Shown: positions 1 to 12,812 of the stretch, one piece after another
Numbering within the stretch: the stretch's first letter is position 1
Layout: every line of letters starts with the position of its first letter
Origin: Antedon mediterranea
Taxonomy: Eukaryota > Animalia > Echinodermata
Reading direction: 5' to 3'
DNA: 64,000 nucleotides
Assembly: GCF_964355755.1 (NCBI RefSeq)
Contig: NC_092670.1
Span: 7,926,201 to 7,990,200, forward strand
The notes under the pieces: generated by a model
Seen by the model: the letters and a program-made list of their open reading frames with translations, nothing else
Databases searched by the model: none
What the model was told of the DNA's origin: nothing
Position numbers and translations under genes: made by a program

Positions 1-278
1 TCACATCCTTTATTTCATTTTAAAGTCGTTCGTTGAGAACCGTTTTATATCAAGCCGAAATAAAATTATTTCTATATAGGCCTAGATATTTTAAAATAGA
101 GTCTATCGAAACATACTACTATACTACTACTAAATAGGATCTTACAAGAACACTCATCGAATAACATTTTCGGCCCTGACATAGAGGCTCTGTTCTGTCG
201 TCGACGTGGCCCAACACATTAGACGATGATTTGAAAATAGGAATGACTGCTATAAAGTGCAAAAACCGATTTATCTTA

Positions 279-472
279 AGGTTCTTTCACATTTGTTCCG
301 GCACGGTTCCGGTCCGGCGAATCGAACATCAATGTTTCGTTTTCACGACGCTCCACGCGGCTATGCGCCAATCGATATGCGCGTAGCCGCGTGAAAACGA
401 AGCATTCACGTTCGATTGGATTTTCCGGCGCCGCCGGACCGGAACCGTGCCGGAGCAGTTGTGAAAGGCCCT
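279..472. mobile_element. Fully palindromic MITE (PIF/Harbinger-like ends)
   Basis: Ends AGGTTCTTTCACA...TGTGAAAGGCCCT flanked by TA/TTA. Internal arms TCCGGCACGGTTCCGGTCCGGCG / CGCCGGACCGGAACCGTGCCGGA and CACGCGGCTA / TAGCCGCGTG. Confidence 0.8.
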
Positions 473-2292
473 TTAAACATGTTTTGGCTCTAACACGTTC
501 ATGTACCTATTCTAGTTATTACACAATGTAGTATACTTACCTGCTGTTTTCGTTGAATATTCACTTCTTTAGGCCTACTTTAAAATACGCTTTCTGATTA
601 CAGTAAATGCATAATCATTTGCATAATGTGTGATATGCAGGTGCATGTATTCCTACTCGGAGATTTGATAATTCTCTTCGTTACGTGTTTAGAAGAGAAA
701 TATATCTCATCGCAGTTGTACGACACGGCCTGATATGCCTGCGTTGTTATGCAAATGAGATTGTGCAGGTGTAGTGAAACTGGTGGTTTTTCAACTGACG
801 TATGTAGTCGCACCGTCCCAGATTAAATATGATACATATTTTAAACAAATAGTTTGTTTTTGTTTGTTGTTGCATGAGGACTGAGATGAGATAAATACTG
901 ACAGTAAACACTACACGTAGAGTGAAGACTATAACGTCTTGGTAAGAGACTAAATTGTTTTTTTATTCGAACATTTATAATTATCTTCTTTCCATACTCT
1001 CACCTACACTGATGAAGGCTACCCAAAATCTCTATGGGAATTAGGTTATGGATAATAATATGTTTTTATCATGACATTGATACAGTACTTTGATGTAAAC
1101 TTAAATTTGAACTTATACCGAAATCTACTCTAGAGGGATAAATCAAGTTACTTTTAATTAGTCTAGAGGGCAGTATTTAATTTAGGCTACATAATTTTAA
1201 ACAGGTTGTTAAAATTCAGTCTATGATGAACAACCAATGCCAAAAATGGGTTCAGACGCCGAGATAAGGTCCGCCCATCCGTTAAATTTCATGAAACTCA
1301 TGCATTCAGGCGAACAATTTATTGGTTAACTAGATGATTGTTTAAAAGGTTTATTTTTCTAACCAACCCTAGAGATCTGTACCAAGTTATTATTTATGGG
1401 CCTATAGCTATATAATTGACTTCTATGCATATACCCAGAAATACTAATTTCTTGTTATTCTGCATAAGTTAATACTTCATAACCATTTAAATTCTCTAGG
1501 CCATCACACACCACATCCACACACCCGTTATCAATACAGTCTATGTTAGTTTAGCAGAACATTTGTGCCTATTTAAATGATTTGGTTGTTGTCAGTCGAA
1601 GTCATTTGATGATATGCAGAGTTTATGCATGTGTGTACTGTTTTAATGTATATGTTCCTGAACTAAGTTTAGAGAGAGAGAAAGAGAGTTACAACCGATG
1701 TCGACCTTTTCAAACCGATGATTGGCATGTATTTTCCGCTACCCTTTGTAAAACATTCAATGTAAATGTGATAGAATAAATTAGACAGACGATAACAGCA
1801 TGCAAAAGGTCTATTGTTGAAAAAATCACATGTGAGCTTAATTTACATGGAAATTACCCCTGAGTTGAGTTACTGAAAATAGAAATGAAATATACAGGTA
1901 GAAGTCTTTCCTATTCATACAGCTGTGTATAATTGTTTGAAGATTATCATATCTGGTCCGGGAGTTGAACTTATTAGGTCAGAAACTGGACGGTCAGCCC
2001 TGGGGATGAAATTAAAAAATTATGAAAGTAGAAAAAAATATATAGAACTACTGTATATATTTTTAGTTGTCGTTGTGGTTACTGTACTTTTTATAAGTAG
2101 TATTCATGGTCAGATTTCCGAGGGAGTGAAACGGTCGAAAAGCCAGGGCCAAGTTAAAATTAATATGGACAAGTAAAATTAAACAATATTGAAAACGAAA
2201 CCAAGGGTCACGTTCTGTGCTCTACCTAGCTAAGTCTACTCCATAACGTTCAGGAGTCGGGTTTCCGTTTTTCTCTGTCATTAAAAGTAATT

Positions 2293-5011
2293 AGTTATCC
2301 GCTTAGTAGCGGATAACTCCTTGTAATCGTCCTGTTTCATCATATTTTTTTTTCTTTTTGGTTATCCGCACTTGGCGGATAACCTCTTGTTATTGTCAGG
2401 ATCTTTTTCTATGTTCTTCTTTCTTTCCACGATTTTTGTTCGCAGCGTATCTCTAATTCTGGCAAACATATGATTCTATAAATTTGTCAAAAGATTGCTC
2501 TGTAGCTGTAGATGTGCAAGAAACTTTTTTTTTCAAATTTTGAGTCGCGCAGCGTAAGTTACGCACGATTTTGTGAATTTTAATGATTGATCATAGAATA
2601 AAAACTGAAAGTCGCTTTGTATTGAAACTTGGTGAAAGTTTAAGTCATATAATGCGCAAACTTTCTATGGATTAAAAATGGCATGTTTCACAAAAAGTTA
2701 CGCGCGCACGCGCGTTTCAAATTTCAAAATGCGGAAAATCAATTTCTAATCAATTTTCTACGCGTTTCATGTCATTTTAAGCATTTCAAAAATTCCGAGG
2801 CGTGCGCAATTTTTTTACGCGCGCGTGCGCACGTAGCGCAAAAACATCTTTTTTTTGTTTGATTTTTGTTTTTCCAGCCTTTTCTACTAAATTTACCAAT
2901 TTTCAATCAATTTCGACTTAAAATTACGTCATACGAGCACGTCAAATTGAACAATTTGCGCGCATTTTTTATGAAAAAGTTCAAAAATTCGTTAAAATTA
3001 AGCCTTTCTTTAAAAAGTCATAAATTCTAAACTCCGTGGTGAACATTTTTAAAATTTCAGATTCTGGAAGTAGATGAGTTGTAGATATCGAATCATGCAT
3101 CGATAGGGCTAACCGGACATTGTGACGTCATCGTATGGCCATTCGAATATAAAATATAGGATTTTTGTCTCTTTCACATAGCTCATCACATTTAATAGAG
3201 CGCATCTCCACTTATCCGTATTCCATTTCCCCCATTTTGTTATATTGTCTAGGCCAATCAATTATCTTTCGCATGATCTACCATTTTTTAAATTGTGATA
3301 ACGTCATCATGTCCAAAAGCGTCAATAATTAGGGTCCTTTATTTTCACCTATTCTGCACTGTATGTAGTACGTATACAGAATATAGCGTATACCGTATAT
3401 ACTTTGACGTGACGCAAAATAGAGTATGACGTGCACGTGGCTTTTGCGCTGCGGATAACCCGAACTCGTCAAAGTGACGAGTTCAAATCTAGTCTGTATT
3501 ATGCTTCTTTCCTTCTGTCATTTTTGTGCGTCGCGTTTCTCTAAAACGTGTAAACAGAACATATCGTAACTTTGTCAACATATCGACATTTACGTGAAAT
3601 TGTGCACCTCCTATTTTTGAATGACGTCAGAGTTGCGCAACATGACTTACGCGCGATTTTATGAATTTCAATGATTGATCATAGACTAAAAACCAAACAT
3701 AATTTTGTTTTGACACTTTGTGAAAATTTAAGTCATATCAAGCGCAAACTTTCTATGGATTAAAAATAGCATGTGTCACAAAAAGTTACGCGCGCACGCG
3801 CGTTTAAAATTTTAGAAAGCGAAAAATCAACTTCTAATCAACTTTCTATGCGTTTCATGTCATTCTGAGCATGTCAAAAATTCCCAGGCGCGCGAAAATT
3901 TTTACGCACGCGGTGCACACGTAGCATTAAAAACATATTTTTTTCGCGTGATTTATGTTTTTTCAGCCTTTTCTAGTAATGTTATCAAATTTTAAACAAT
4001 TTCGACTTAAAATTACGTCATACGAGCACGTCGAATTAGATAATTTGCACGCGTTTTTGGTGAAAAAGTTCAAAAATTCGTCAAAATTATGCCTATTTTT
4101 AAACATTCATAGATTCTAAACTACATGGAGAACTTTTTTTTAATTACATATTCTGGAAGTTGATGAGTTGTAGATATCGGATCATACATTAATATGGCTA
4201 ACCGGACATTGTGACGTCATCGTATGGCCACGCGAATATAAAATATAGGATTTTTGTCTCTTTCGTCATAGCTCATCACATTTAATAGAGCGCATCTCCA
4301 CTTATTCGTTGTCCATTTTCACCCCGATTTTAATATATTCTAGGTCAATCAACTATCTTTTGCATGAATTAAAAATTTTTTAATTTTGTTAACGTCATCA
4401 TGCCTAAAAATTTAAATTACGTTGGTCATTAATTTCATCTTTACAGTAAATTTTAATCTGTTATACCTCGTAAGAATAAAATGTGATAATCACGATTAAA
4501 ACGTTTTCAGGAAGCTATTGTATTGTAGATACAAAATCATGTGTAAATTGTGCCAATCGAATGTGGTGACGTCATCATATGGCCAGTTAAATAAAAAAAG
4601 TCGTATTTTCATCTTTTGCATTATATTTCATTACATTTAAAAGAGCGCACATCAATATTTCACGTATTCAAATTTCTTCTACACGTTAATATGTTGTTGC
4701 TGAGATAATTTCATTCAGAAATTTCTACTTTTGCATTTTATTTTGAAACCGTCAAGATGTTAAAAATTACAATAAAATACGGGTCCCGTAATTTCACCTA
4801 TTTTACACTGTTTGTGATATGTATACAGATTGTAATGTGTATACTATATGACACAAAATAACAGAATTCAGAAATAACAACATATCATATTCTTCAGTTC
4901 AGGTCATAATGCCTTAATATTTTTCTGTGTGCAATATTCTAACGTATGACGTGCACGTGGCGTTTGTCGAGCGGATAACTAACTCGTCAAAGTGACGAGT
5001 TTCATGTCTAG
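2293..5011 (+). mobile_element. Non-autonomous Helitron/Helentron-like element (outer copy, interrupted by a related copy)
   Basis: 5' hairpin AGTTATCCGCT-tagt-AGCGGATAACT; 3' subterminal AGCGGATAACT (4970), stem-loop AACTCGTC-aaagt-GACGAGTT and terminal CTAG (5008-5011) followed by T. Internal diverged repeat of about 350 bp (around 4200 and 4560). Confidence 0.75.
2360..3492 (+). mobile_element. Non-autonomous Helitron/Helentron-like element (inner, nested copy)
   Basis: 5' hairpin GGTTATCCGC-acttg-GCGGATAACC; 3' TGCGGATAACC (3450), stem-loop GAACTCGTC-aaagt-GACGAGTTC, CTAG at 3489-3492. Its body 2560-3330 aligns by eye to 3645-4420. Confidence 0.75.
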
Positions 5012-5058
5012 TTTTATATTTGATTTTTTGTTTCTTTTGGATCAAACGGTCTGTTACA

Positions 5059-5220
5059 GCGAGTCAAATGGCTGAGCGATTAGGGTAGGGACACCGTTTA
5101 CCGTACAATATCGGCATAGTCGACACCCTCCCTGTTAATGGAACGAGTCGTCTCGGATAAGGACAATAAACTGATACGAGTTAGGGTTACCGCGTTGAAT
5201 GGTTCGCAAAATAGCCCATG
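5059..5220 (+). mobile_element. Degenerate tRNA-derived SINE relic
   Basis: A-box-like TGGCTGAGCGA. Shares GTTTACCGTAC...CAATATCGGCAT...GATAAGGAC.ATAAAC...GAGT.AGGG.TACC with the copy at about 61985. Confidence 0.55.
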
Positions 5221-6094
5221 CGCATCAATAGCCCAATAACATTAATAAATAAAATTTAAAGAAATTAAGACAAAGTTGAGCGAGGGGGCGTGCTATATAA
5301 TATTTGTATAAGTGTATTGAAGATACAGATAACACGAGAATTTATCAAGTGTTTGTAAGTCGCCAATATATGTATTTTCATAATATAAATAGGCATCGAC
5401 CTAGTATCAACCAAACAGGATTATAGCTTGAAAATTGTGGACTTTTAGCGCAAATAAAAAACAACTTAATTTTGTAATTATTTTGGTTAATCTATTTCAA
5501 ATTGATTTGTAACTTTTGTAAAAGAGGGTTTGTTTAACAACAATTTTTAATTCACTATCAATATTCTAACTCTGGACATTTTCCAACTGGGAATACAAAT
5601 GCAAAATGTTCCGGTTGTAAATCTAACTTATTCATTGAATCGTAAAACATTATACGGACAGAAAAACAGATACAAAATTAGCCTAAAAGAAGTCGGAGAA
5701 ATCACCTCCATTAGAGGACAGTTACCGGTAATATTGAAGTCTTTGGCGTTAGTAATAATAGCAGTATCAGAATTGTATAAATAATTTACCATCTGAATGT
5801 AAATTTTTAAAAGAGGAAAACTTGGTCATGCATTTTATAAATGTACGTCCAGTGTCAAGTGTCCTCGCTATAAGATGCGTTGTATTGTCGTTTATTTTTG
5901 TTATAGATTATATATACATCTATATATTGGGTTCTGCTGTCCTCATAATACTCTGGGAAAGTTCGTTCGTTTCTGAATTAGGTGTTGAATAAACCAATCA
6001 TAATCTAGACGTTAGTTCCAGACTAGAGGCGAAGGTTCACCGTAGTAGGTTCAATTTCTTGTATGGCACGCCAAGCGGTCATTTATTCGGAAAT

Positions 6095-6245
6095 AAAGAT
6101 ATCTTAGTTTTAAACTAAGATATCTCTATTAATAGAGATATCTCTATTCAAAACTAAGATATCTCTATTAAAAACTAAGATATCTCTATTTAAAACTAAG
6201 ATATATATTAGTTTTTAATAGAGATATAGAGATCTCTCTATTAAT
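6095..6245. repeat. Foldback minisatellite of about 21-bp AAACTAAGATATCTCTATT units in both orientations
   Basis: Direct copies at about 6112, 6152, 6173 and 6194, with inverted copies at both ends. Confidence 0.75.
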
Positions 6246-7226
6246 GTCTGGTTGGATCTGGTAAAGCCGCTTGCCTGAAAAGTATACTTTATGTAATGCT
6301 TTGGTATGTTTCAAACATAAATCATAATACTTTTGAAATACAGTATATAATATAAATTCCCTAGGCACCGATCAAATGTTTTGAGATTTCAGTACATTTG
6401 TCGTTCAATGCTTTATACATATGACATTTTCTCAATGTTTTTCAACTTCCTCTCATGAGAATAAACCTGTACCGAACCTGAAAACTCCATACAATAATGC
6501 ATTGTAAAAAATGGAAAACAAATTTCCTTTGCTTTATACTCTTCGACATTAATGTTTATTCTAGTTATGATGATTTATTTTATATCACTACTAGTTATGC
6601 AAACGTGTACGTATCCAGTAGATCCTATATTTCGAAATATTAAGAGGAGGGGCTTAAAGAGTAAAGTATGAACCGCAATGAACTTATTCTCAATTTTACA
6701 GTATTATAATACACTTTTTTTTGTTATGGAAGTTGTAGGCTACCGTCCCTACCTTTCAAAACGGAATGTATTTCAGATTTGTCTGTATTGAGCAGTAATA
6801 ATATTATGATAAGCTAAACTATTTTCAAACTTTCTGTAAGACTGTTAGATGTGAACCACAGATGGAACTGTTTTATGACATAATCTGTTAAATTCCCAGT
6901 AATTTCGATTGCTTTGCTATTCAGAAGTTTAAATTGAAATTAAATAAGTAGACTTTTATAAGTTTCCCTTGAGAACCAAAAAGATTAAACCAAATCCCAT
7001 AAAGTTTATTATGGAATTCAATAATCTTATAAAAATAAACTTCAGTTTCAAATGATTTTTAAGTTGTAGTCAATTTAGGCCTACAAGGAAGAAAACTTGA
7101 CAATCACGATATCAGACAACTTTAAAGATAATAAAAAAATTATTGAATATTATCAAGCTTCTGTTGTACCTTATACTCTTTATATTTGATATTAGAAACG
7201 CGTGCACAACATTCACACAGTTTCTA

Positions 7227-7446
7227 AAGCGTGGTTCCCACTAGCGACGCAACGCAAGGACGCAACGCAAGGACGTAACGCAAGGACGCAACGCAAGGAC
7301 GTAACGCAACGCAAGTGAATTGACCAATCACAAGCGATGGCTTATTCGCTTGTGATTGCTAACTGTCTATAACTTCGCTTGTCATTGGTTAAAACGCTTC
7401 CGTTGCGTTTACATCCTTGCGTTACGTTCTAGTGGGAACCAAGCTT
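7227..7446. mobile_element. MITE family A (TIR AAGCTTGGTTCCCACTAG), best-preserved copy
   Basis: TIRs AAGCGTGGTTCCCACTAG / CTAGTGGGAACCAAGCTT flanked by TA. Internal GACGYAACGCAAG tandem and CAATCACAAGCGA / TCGCTTGTGATTG palindrome. Confidence 0.85.
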
Positions 7447-9182
7447 TAAAAGGCCTAAGTTATATAGTTAAATAAATAATTATTAATATTTAATAAAGTG
7501 TATAGTTACCATATGCCATATCCCTTCTAAAAACCCAACCTTAATTTGTCTCTATTTAGTAGGCCTACGTATTTAATGATGTGCGATACCGTATATCACA
7601 CTCTATTATGTTTCACGATGTGTTATTTCTTTAAAAGGGGCAGTTCCTGGGTGGATATTATTTTTGCTTTTGTTATAAAGGTACAAGAAGGTATTATATC
7701 CTCATTAAAATACTTGTTTTCCGATATCCAGTAATGTTTTAAAAGAGAAAAACTTGGTCATGCATTTTATAAAAGTAATGGCTATAGTTTGTTGGTTTTT
7801 AAAGATACACGTTTTCCGTCCGATAATTTAAGAATGTTAACTCTAAGAACAGATGGCATGATCGTGATCAGTGGAAGCTTTCATTTGGGTTTACATTCAT
7901 CGTTGATCATGCTCCCACTGATCATGTTTCCACTGATCATGATCAAGCCAGTCATTTAAGCAGTCTGGTGATCTAGTTGAGCACGCTAGAGAATATGATT
8001 AACCTAGTTTAACATGATTAATTATTCATCAAATAGAATCAACCAATCAGCATTTGTTCATTGATGCGATTTATATATACAGTCCCTCGATATCATTAAG
8101 TTACTGAGATATGTTTGATTATTGGTACCACTTTATGTGACGTCACACGTCAGCAATAATAACTTGCTAACAATTTTCTTTTCTAGATGACATAATTAAG
8201 AATTTATGACGAATAACAACCCTTTCTTCTTTTTAAAACATTTCATTTGAAAACATTTTGATATATTATAACGTTCTGGTAAATAAAAGAAAATAATATT
8301 AGACTACTGTACAATTATCATTATTATAATGAAGAAAGAAATGTATTAAAACGTTTTGGGTGGAAAGATGGTAGGCCTATCACAGTTCACCATTCGGCAA
8401 GCAATTTTATAGATTAGGACCAGCGACACTGAAATCACCCCGGGGTGCATGTAGCAAACAGCCACTGACGTAATGAACGTGTAGGCCTACATTATAATAT
8501 ACCTCTGCGTCTTCTAGAGTCGATTAGGCCTACATACCACACAGAGCTATTTAGGTTATTTTATTCACTCTATTTTTCCAAATTTCTGAATCCACTACTG
8601 ACGCTTAATAGGCACACGCGATTCAACATTACTAATCAATTGCCGGTAATAAAGATGACATAATTATGATTGTGCTCATTCTAATCCTACAGTTCCTGCC
8701 TTATATGAACATGTTGAACTCTTCATCTACAATTGACCATGACACATCGTCTGCGTTCGCTGACCGACTCTTCGGGAAAAGAGCAAAATCACGAACGAAG
8801 GATGGCAGTAATTCAGTAACTATCCACCCTCCTCTCAAGCCCCCAGGCCCGCCTCCTTCACATCACTCATTAAGGCGAACTGTACAGTACTTTTTGTCGT
8901 TCGTGCCAAATGTCAAACAGTTTAAATGTAATTTAATTGCAATTATGCCTCAGCTGATTTGTGGTAAGTGAAATAAATGACATATATCTAATTTAATTGA
9001 TAATTTATTTGTGAGTTGTCTTAAAAGCAATTTGGAGATAACGAAACTCATCCAATTTCTTATGTTAGAATTTTGCTTTAGTGATTAAATGATCATAATA
9101 ATAATTGTTTCCGAGACATTCGAGTAGTAATCAAAGACAGGGAATCCCTTGGCGGTTGTCATTTGCGTTACGAATAACTTTG

Positions 9183-9312
9183 TAAAGCTTGGTTCCCAAT
9201 TGGACGTAACCAATCACGAAGCGATGGATCATTAGGACTGCCGCCTGCGATTGGTCAAATCATTTGCGTTGCGCTTACATTGTTTCGTTGCGTTAATAAC
9301 CAACCATAAGCT
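9183..9312. mobile_element. MITE family A, degenerate copy
   Basis: TAAAGCTTGGTTCCCAATTGG...CCAATCACG...GATTGGTCAA...AACCATAAGCTT. Further partial copies at about 10772-10862 and 19293-19380. Confidence 0.65.
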
Positions 9313-12300
9313 TCGGAAGTTTTCTATCAAAGTAAAGCTTGTTCTGCGTTCGATACCATTGTAATTCGATGGGAAAGAATTTATATCGGTTGTCTAACCA
9401 GAGCTAAAAACTGAAATATTAGAGGATGTGCATGCTGGTCACTTGTCGGAAGTAAAAGTACTTTCGAGTTACCGATACGGAGGTTATGGCCTATGAATAT
9501 ATGTTTAGGCCTGCACCTTCTGTATCTTTCACGAATCTTCTTTGCCTCTGAAGAAAAAGAGAAGTAGGGAATAGTTAAATTACTTAACTCTTTCCTGGAA
9601 TTATTAACAATGTTGTTGAATTGTTTATATTTTTAAATACATTATAAATGTTTTACCTGGGGTTAACCTTTATAACACGAGATTCAACCAGAATACAAAG
9701 CCAATACGAAAGTCTATAAGGTTTGACAGCTATATGATATATAGAAATTGCATTTTATGCAAAATGAAAGCGTATTGTTGTCTCTGTACCTCTCGTTAAA
9801 GGAGTGAAGAACATCATAACAATACAGTTAAATAGAACGACTTTTTATACTATCATCAGATAATATAATACCTCTGGTTCTGGATCAGTAAGTGCACGCG
9901 TAACAATTATTCAAAAAGGTTCAAAGCAGTTCATACTCCATTATTTTATTCAAAACCAAAAACAAACTACAACAAATAAGCTTATCATAAAGTGCCAAGG
10001 TTTGGAATGACGATAATTATTAAACATTTTAACACTGTTTCTCTATTTAAGAAACTGTTAAACTGTGTATTCAATGTGGGCTCTATACATAGGCCTACAA
10101 AGTAGTATTGTAATATTGTATTGTATTCTGTATAATAATACATACTTTTTGTACACGGCCTTACTGACGTTAAGTTGAGTTAAGTGAGATCCGTGAATAA
10201 ATAAAGCTTAAATTGTTCTTTTATGAATAATAGTAATTTAACAATTGTTATGCCTAAATATGGACGTGGTGGTTGACATGGATCTACAGTATAGAATAGT
10301 ATTTTACAGAAGTGACGTCACCCACTAGTGGTAGTTGAAAACCTCAAGAATTAGCATGTTACTTTTACAAATTACTACAGGAACATTTCTGGAAACGGAT
10401 CCATAATCGTGATTCGGATCCGGATCCTTTAAAAAAAATGTAATTGAATCTACGTTGATGTATCTGTGCTCGCGTATCCAATGTTCTGAAACGTGCCGTT
10501 AAGTTTTTAAAAAAAATAAGTTTGTCAATTTTCAAAAGTTATTTGCGATTGTTTGATAATTTATGGCTGACGTTTATGATGAGCACTAAATATATATAGC
10601 CCGTTGTGAAGATAACAAGACATGTAGGCCTACTGTAACATATTAGAAAATCGCTCATAACTATTAATTGCATGATCTATGTCTGTCTGTTTGTGTACAA
10701 ATCCGTTCATTATACTTCTGACTTAATCTTGCTCACAACAGACAAACACAGAAACATACAAATAAATAAACCTTGGTTCCTATTTGAACGCAGCGTAATC
10801 TTAATGCAGTAATTAGACCAATCACGACGCGATAAATCACACACTGTCGCTTGTGATTGGTTAAAAGTTATGCTGCTCCCCACCAGGCCTACTACACATG
10901 ATTTTACTAATCAACATACATTAAATAGAAGAATACTTTTATAAATACCAAAATAAAACTTAATTTTATTATTCAGAAATTCAATAAATACTAAGTCACA
11001 TAAATATTTAAAAAATACAATACATATATTTAGATACAATCGTTGCTGTATATATTTATTTCTGTTCGTCGAATTACTGTCAAGAATCAGTATCTCAACA
11101 GTAGCACATAAAAAATAATTATGCATACGTTTTCAAAACATGCAATATTAAGAATTTGAAAATGAAAAGCCTATTCTCAGTAACACCATGCCTTAACATT
11201 AGGAAAACCAACTAACTAAAAAATGTTATATAGACATTAATTGCAACAGTTTATATATACATTATAACATATTTGGTCTAAAGTCGGAATTCATTGTCAA
11301 TTATGAATATGAACATAAAAATATTAAAAATATAATATTGTACACCAAAAAATTTTGAATAAGCCATTTTAATGTCACATAAATAGATATTCACTTTCAA
11401 AGACTAGATTATAAAAAAAAATTTAAAGGTCGACTGCGAGATCAATGTGTATTTATTCTGTTCAGTTTATTCTTTTATTTTTAATTCATTACTTTTTTGA
11501 CATAACTTATTTGTTTTATTTTAGGAAATAGATTTTGTAGTTTCCATAATATCAAATTCAACAAATGGCCTATTAAATGTTTGATTCGTGTTTTGAGGAC
11601 AGTAAAATATTGAATCTAATAATGTTTTATTGAGAATTTTTTCGTAATCGCATGCCATTAATTAAATTTTACTTTGTAATATCAAGGCTATATTGAAGTC
11701 ACACAAACATAACGATAAATATTTATAGTTATAATGCTAAATCTAAGTTTATATCAAAAAAAATGTGGCAGTAAGTAATTGTAATATATATATTTAAAAT
11801 ATGTGTCCGAGACACACAATTCCCAAGCCCAAACACCCCCCCCCCCCCCCCACCCATTAGAAAATCCTAGGCCTCATTCACACTATCATCGATCAGCCGA
11901 TAAAAAATGGCACTGTGTTAAAAAATACTTAATAGAAGCATTAAAATATTTGTGAAAATAGTACCAAATAAACAACCGACGTAGCCATGATTTTGTCCAA
12001 TCATCGGATCCGAACTAGGGACGTAGCAATAGCTAATGCTGTTTATGACTTTTTTGAAGGAGTTCGGAAATTATTAATATCGCACTTTGTGTACAATTTA
12101 TTATTATTTGGTTGCCACAATTTAATTGCGCACACATAGTTGATATTAAACAGCTATACACGTATGTTATCCACGTGCTTACTGTAAACTATATACAACA
12201 AATAACTGGTTATACCTTATAATTATAATATACCTCTTTATATGATTAAAACATGATTTGGTTCCCTTGTCAAAGTATTAATTCGTACTATACCCTGTTG

Positions 12301-12691
12301 TTCTACCCATTCCTACATGGCTTACCGATACTATAGGTAAAAAACACAAGCTATGGGAGAAGAAAGTTCACAATAAATTATGCCACTATTAATGCCACAA
12401 AATGATCTAATGAAGTAAACAGATTTATAATTTAACATCAAGATTATTTAACAGCATAATCTAAACACATTTTAACAATATTCACATATACGAATCATCA
12501 TCATTATTTTATTCTCACCAATTTTATTTGAATGTCATAATGTGATTTTTTTTGTGTTGATATAATATTTCCTCGGTAAGACTGTACAAAACTTCGTCGT
12601 TTATTTCATGACACGTTTTAATGCGTTTGTACTGGTCGGTTGTGACGCAACAAAACGCTTTGGTTTACATTTACGTAGTATGTTGGTATTA

Positions 12692-12812
12692 TTATATCCC
12701 GTCAGGTGTTGACTCCACTTTTACTGGACGCAGTTCACACTTGTTATTGTGAGTATCGTAGTACCGTCCGTGGTTGCAAAAAGGTTCTTCGCATTGGCCA
12801 GTTTCAACACAA
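12692..12812 (-). CDS. PVF terminal coding exon (CVETGQCEEPFCNHGRYYDTHNNKCELRPVKVESTPDGI*)
   Basis: TTACAG acceptor in phase 2; continues the Cys spacing; TAA at 12694-12692. Confidence 0.85.

Noticed and set aside
8666-8971. 101-aa ORF with hydrophobic N-terminus
   Set aside because: No recognisable domain and no downstream partner exon found; more likely chance within a regulatory-looking region.
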